Source: Candidatus Marinacidobacterales bacterium (GTDB taxonomy: Bacteria > Acidobacteriota > Vicinamibacteria > Marinacidobacterales > DATDRI01). From it: 64,000 nucleotides of DNA. The notes beneath the pieces were generated by a model that had not been told where the DNA came from, ran no database searches, and worked only from the letters and a program-made list of their open reading frames with translations. Of the stretch, positions 60,833-64,000 are shown in pieces. The stretch is from contig OZ245365.1 in NCBI GenBank assembly GCA_965226495.1, forward strand, positions 2,016,001 through 2,080,000, written 5' to 3'. Position 1 is the stretch's first letter. Every line of letters begins with the position of its first letter. The position numbers were made by a program, and so were the translations under genes.

Positions 60833-61767
60833 CCCTTGTCCCTCTTCTTCCACTCCTTGTTGAAGCGGGTTCGCTTGAGGAAAGACTTCTGGGTGCCGAC
60901 ACCCATCGTGGAGAGACCGGCGTAGAGATTGGCGCGGGCCAAGGCGTCCCGTTCCGGCATGCCTTCGGCGAGGAAGACCGCGAAGCTTCCAATGAACGCA
61001 TCGCCGGCCCCGGTAGTGTCTTTGGTTGTTACCTTGTAAGACGGGATGAGCTCCATGCCCTCCGAGCCCGCGAGCAAAGCTCCTTTTTCGCCGAGGGTGA
61101 TGATCACTCGACGAATCCCCTGTGCGAGAAGGTACTCGGCGCATGCCTTCGCTTGATCAACGGTCGTAACCGGCTTCCCGGTGATGGCGGCAGCCTCGGT
61201 CTCGTTGGGAACGAAGTAGTCGACGTTGGCCAACTGCTTCAGATCCGCGGGGAGCGCCGGGGCCGGATTCACGATACAGCGGATCTTGTTCTTCCGGGCG
61301 AATCGAACCGTGTGGTAGACGGTGTCGAGGGGAATCTCGAACTGCAAGATGATGATGTCGGCGCGTTTCAGTCGGGACGCTGCTTGATTGACTCCCTTGG
61401 CAGTCAGCTTGTCGTTGGCGCCCTTTACCACGATGATTCGATTCTGGCCGCTCTTCTCGACGAAGATGGGAGCCACACCACTCGAAACTCCCTTGACGGT
61501 TTGGACGTTGCGGGCCCCGATACCGAGGGACTTGAAGTTCTTGATGGTGGCCGGCCCGAAAAGGTCGTCTCCCACTCGTGCGACCATTTGCACCTTGGCG
61601 CCGCAGTACTTCGCCGCGACCGCCTGGTTCGCCCCTTTACCCCCGAAGCCGAGGTCGAAGGCTTCTCCGAAGACGGTCTCTCCCGGTTTGGGGAATTGAT
61701 CGGTGAAGCTGGTGAGGTCGACATTGGCACTTCCTACTACTGCGATTCGCGCTTGTCTTTTAGCCAT
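60829..61767 (-). CDS. rbsK: Ribokinase
   Basis: VVGS.N.DL, GGKGANQAVAA, VGDDLFG, PNETEA, DTTGAGDAF. Confidence 0.95.
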   Translation of the reverse strand: MAKRQARIAVVGSANVDLTSFTDQFPKPGETVFGEAFDLGFGGKGANQAVAAKYCGAKVQMVARVGDDLFGPATIKNFKSLGIGARNVQTVKGVSSGVAPIFVEKSGQNRIIVVKGANDKLTAKGVNQAASRLKRADIIILQFEIPLDTVYHTVRFARKNKIRCIVNPAPALPADLKQLANVDYFVPNETEAAAITGKPVTTVDQAKACAEYLLAQGIRRVIITLGEKGALLAGSEGMELIPSYKVTTKDTTGAGDAFIGSFAVFLAEGMPERDALARANLYAGLSTMGVGTQKSFLKRTRFNKEWKKRDKG

Positions 61768-61790
61768 TTGTTTGCTGGGCCTCCGGCCCT

Positions 61791-62852
61791 CTAATCCGAT
61801 TGCGGCGAGGGCCGTGTCATCAAGTCCACGAAGAGCTTCTCGAAACGCTCGCGATCGATGTCGGTCTGGACTTTCCACGTTCGTCCGGCCCACCAAGGGC
61901 GATTCTTCTTGGTCCACCACACGGTCTTTCCGTAATCCGGTCCCCAGGCGAATTCGCAATCAACATAGAGCTCTTCCTTCTTGGTAATGACCTTGGGGTC
62001 GATGATGGAAGCCGCTGAGAGCTCGTCCCACATGTAGGAGAAGATACCTTCGTCTACGTTGGGTCCTAGATACGATTCCTTCATGTAGTTGGCGAGCGGG
62101 GTGTTCGCCGTGGCGATGCGCTCGATCAGCTCTTTCGTCATCTGGGTCTTGTGGCACACGTCAATGGGAGTAAGCTCCATGTCTTTCCACGGCGCGCGAA
62201 GGTGCATCGCGGCCGCCTCGGCATCCCACCAAAAATTGAACATGTGGTTCACGTGGGTTGCCCCACCCATCGTGTAGACGGCTTTGATCTTGCCGATGAT
62301 ATCCGGCGCGATCCGGATCGCCAAAGCGATATTGGTGAGCGGACCGGCGGTGTAGAGCACGAGCTCGCCCGGGTACTTCCGTGCCATCTCGATGAGCAGC
62401 TCCGCGGCGTGTTTATCCACCGGTTTGATGGTCGGGGGGCCGCCCGGGGCAGGAGGGATGGTCGTCTTCGGTGCGACCTCTGGGCCCCATGCACCGTGCC
62501 ATCCATCGCCTTCCTTCGGTCCCCAAAGGGCCTCGCGACGGTTCATCGCCCCCTCGCTATTAATAAGCGGATCTTCCGAGCCGGCCGCCACCGGAACGTC
62601 GGGCTGGCCGCAAACTTCTACAATCTTGAGCGTGTGATAGACGGCTTGATCGAGCCAGGCGTCACCACCAACGACGCCGATCCCCACGACCTCGATGTTA
62701 GGAGCCATGAGCAGCATGGCGATGGACACCACGTCGGTCCCGCCGGGACCGGAAGTGTCCTGGTCGATGAAGACCTTGATGCGCTCTTGTCCGGAAGAGG
62801 AGCTGGCGAGCAGGAAGACAGCAAGAGAAACGGCGACTGATACACGATGCAT
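61791..62852 (-). CDS. Nucleoside hydrolase family protein, exported
   Basis: Signal peptide, DQDTSGPGGTD, GPLTNIA, MGG, FNFWWDAEAA, MWDE. Confidence 0.9.
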   Translation of the reverse strand: MHRVSVAVSLAVFLLASSSSGQERIKVFIDQDTSGPGGTDVVSIAMLLMAPNIEVVGIGVVGGDAWLDQAVYHTLKIVEVCGQPDVPVAAGSEDPLINSEGAMNRREALWGPKEGDGWHGAWGPEVAPKTTIPPAPGGPPTIKPVDKHAAELLIEMARKYPGELVLYTAGPLTNIALAIRIAPDIIGKIKAVYTMGGATHVNHMFNFWWDAEAAAMHLRAPWKDMELTPIDVCHKTQMTKELIERIATANTPLANYMKESYLGPNVDEGIFSYMWDELSAASIIDPKVITKKEELYVDCEFAWGPDYGKTVWWTKKNRPWWAGRTWKVQTDIDRERFEKLFVDLMTRPSPQSD

Positions 62853-62871
62853 AAGCTCCTCCTCGTCGAGC

Positions 62872-63957
62872 CTATGGTTTCCGCGGTGGTGCGGATAGGC
62901 GCTCTATGAACGTAGCCACGAACCGGTCACCGTCCACGACGGTCGGCACGTCGGCGTTCGGCTCCACCTTGGGGAAATTCGTAACCTCGTAATGGTCTCC
63001 CACGTCCTCGATGCCTTCCAGGAGCAAGTAGCGGTTGGCGACCGTCTCCCCATAGGTCAGGTCTCCTTTGGTTTCCACATCGATGAGCATGGATTTCATC
63101 TCAGTGGCGTAGGTCTTGTCGAAGGCCATGCCTACTGCCAGTGGATCGTGAAGATCGGCGCCCTCGAAGCCAAGCCTTTCCGAGAAACCGATGTAGAAGT
63201 CGTTGATGTCGGCTACGAACTTGCCAATCGCCGAGCCGGAGTTGGCGAGAGCAGGGAGGTGCCGGCGGTACAACTTGGTCTGTGATGTGGCTCCGAGACC
63301 TACCATGGTGATAGGGATACCGGAGTTGAAGACAATCTTCGCGGCCTCGGGATCATTGTAGATGTTGGCTTCGGCCGCCGGGCTCGCGTTGCCCCCGACG
63401 GTCGAGCCTCCCATCAGTATGATCTCGGGAACCTTCTCCCGCAGGGTGGGATCCTGCAGCAGTGCGAGCGCGATGTTGGTCAGCGGGCCCACCGGGACCA
63501 AGGTGATAACCCCGGGATTCGCGTTCACGATATCGATGATCACTTCCACGGCGTGGCGGGGGTCCAGCTTCTTGGTAGGAGCGGGGAGCTCGACGTCTCC
63601 CAAGCCGTTGGCCCCGTGAATCGATTCCGCGGTGATGAGCTTCCGCTGTAGAGGATACTTGGCGCCCTTCGCCACGATGATGTCGGGCCGCTCCGCCAAC
63701 TCGACGAGCTTGAGGGCGTTCACCGCGCCCTTGTCCACGATCACGTTTCCCGACACGACGGTGATGGCTTCGATCTGAAGCTCCGGTGACTGCGTTGCCA
63801 GCAAGACCGCCATGGCATCGTCGATACCGGGATCGATATCTAGGATGATGCGCCGTGGGTTCTGGGCGGTGGGGTTCTGCGCCGCGATGACCGCCTGGTT
63901 GTCGGCGACGATTCCGGCGGCGAGTAGCGCGGAGAAAAGGACTGGTAGTCGTTGCAT
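62872..63957 (-). CDS. Nucleoside hydrolase (canonical RihA/IU-NH-like), exported
   Basis: Signal peptide, DIDPGIDD, GPLTNIA, AEANIYNDPEAA, LHDP. Confidence 0.93.
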   Translation of the reverse strand: MQRLPVLFSALLAAGIVADNQAVIAAQNPTAQNPRRIILDIDPGIDDAMAVLLATQSPELQIEAITVVSGNVIVDKGAVNALKLVELAERPDIIVAKGAKYPLQRKLITAESIHGANGLGDVELPAPTKKLDPRHAVEVIIDIVNANPGVITLVPVGPLTNIALALLQDPTLREKVPEIILMGGSTVGGNASPAAEANIYNDPEAAKIVFNSGIPITMVGLGATSQTKLYRRHLPALANSGSAIGKFVADINDFYIGFSERLGFEGADLHDPLAVGMAFDKTYATEMKSMLIDVETKGDLTYGETVANRYLLLEGIEDVGDHYEVTNFPKVEPNADVPTVVDGDRFVATFIERLSAPPRKP

Positions 63958-63972
63958 CGAGGGCAGGCTCCG

Positions 63973-63999
63973 TCAGAAAGCGTTGGCGATGGCGGCGAT
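63973..63999 (-). CDS. 3' end of an upstream gene cut by the window edge
   Basis: Reads IAAIANAF-stop, ending 15 bp before the next start codon. Confidence 0.35.
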   Translation of the reverse strand: MAAIANAF

Positions 64000-64000
64000 G

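Noticed and set aside
61768-61959. N-terminal extension of ribokinase in the ORF track
   Set aside because: Overlaps the upstream hydrolase; homology and an SD-like GGAGG point to ATG at 61767

Overview
A GC-rich (roughly 60%) bacterial chromosomal segment. Gene order (lysS-lolCE-lolD-clpC-bamA, a GWxTD protein, an ECF/zf-HC2/DUF4097 module) suggests Acidobacteriota; this is an inference, not a lookup. The first ~46 kb is mostly housekeeping: nusB, lysS, lol/bam/skp/fabZ/lpxA/lpxI, miaA-hfq-deoB, yceD-rpmF-plsX-fab, a diaminopimelate operon, mutY, leuS-lptE-holA and rpsT. The last ~18 kb is enriched in nucleotide and nucleoside catabolism genes, many with apparent export signals: three nucleoside hydrolase paralogs, a lipoprotein two-domain cytidine deaminase, a lipoprotein alkaline phosphatase, an amidohydrolase, an NCS2 permease, a LOG protein, ribokinase and a deleted phosphodiesterase. 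This is the best candidate for an undescribed extracytoplasmic nucleoside-scavenging system. A DUF222-like HNH gene sits inside this cluster with a possible 7-bp target duplication. Several short palindromic or dispersed repeat families are visible, including a nested pair read in frame at the end of miaA. No rRNA, tRNA, CRISPR array or classical IS transposase was seen. All calls are from motif recognition by eye; no searches were run.
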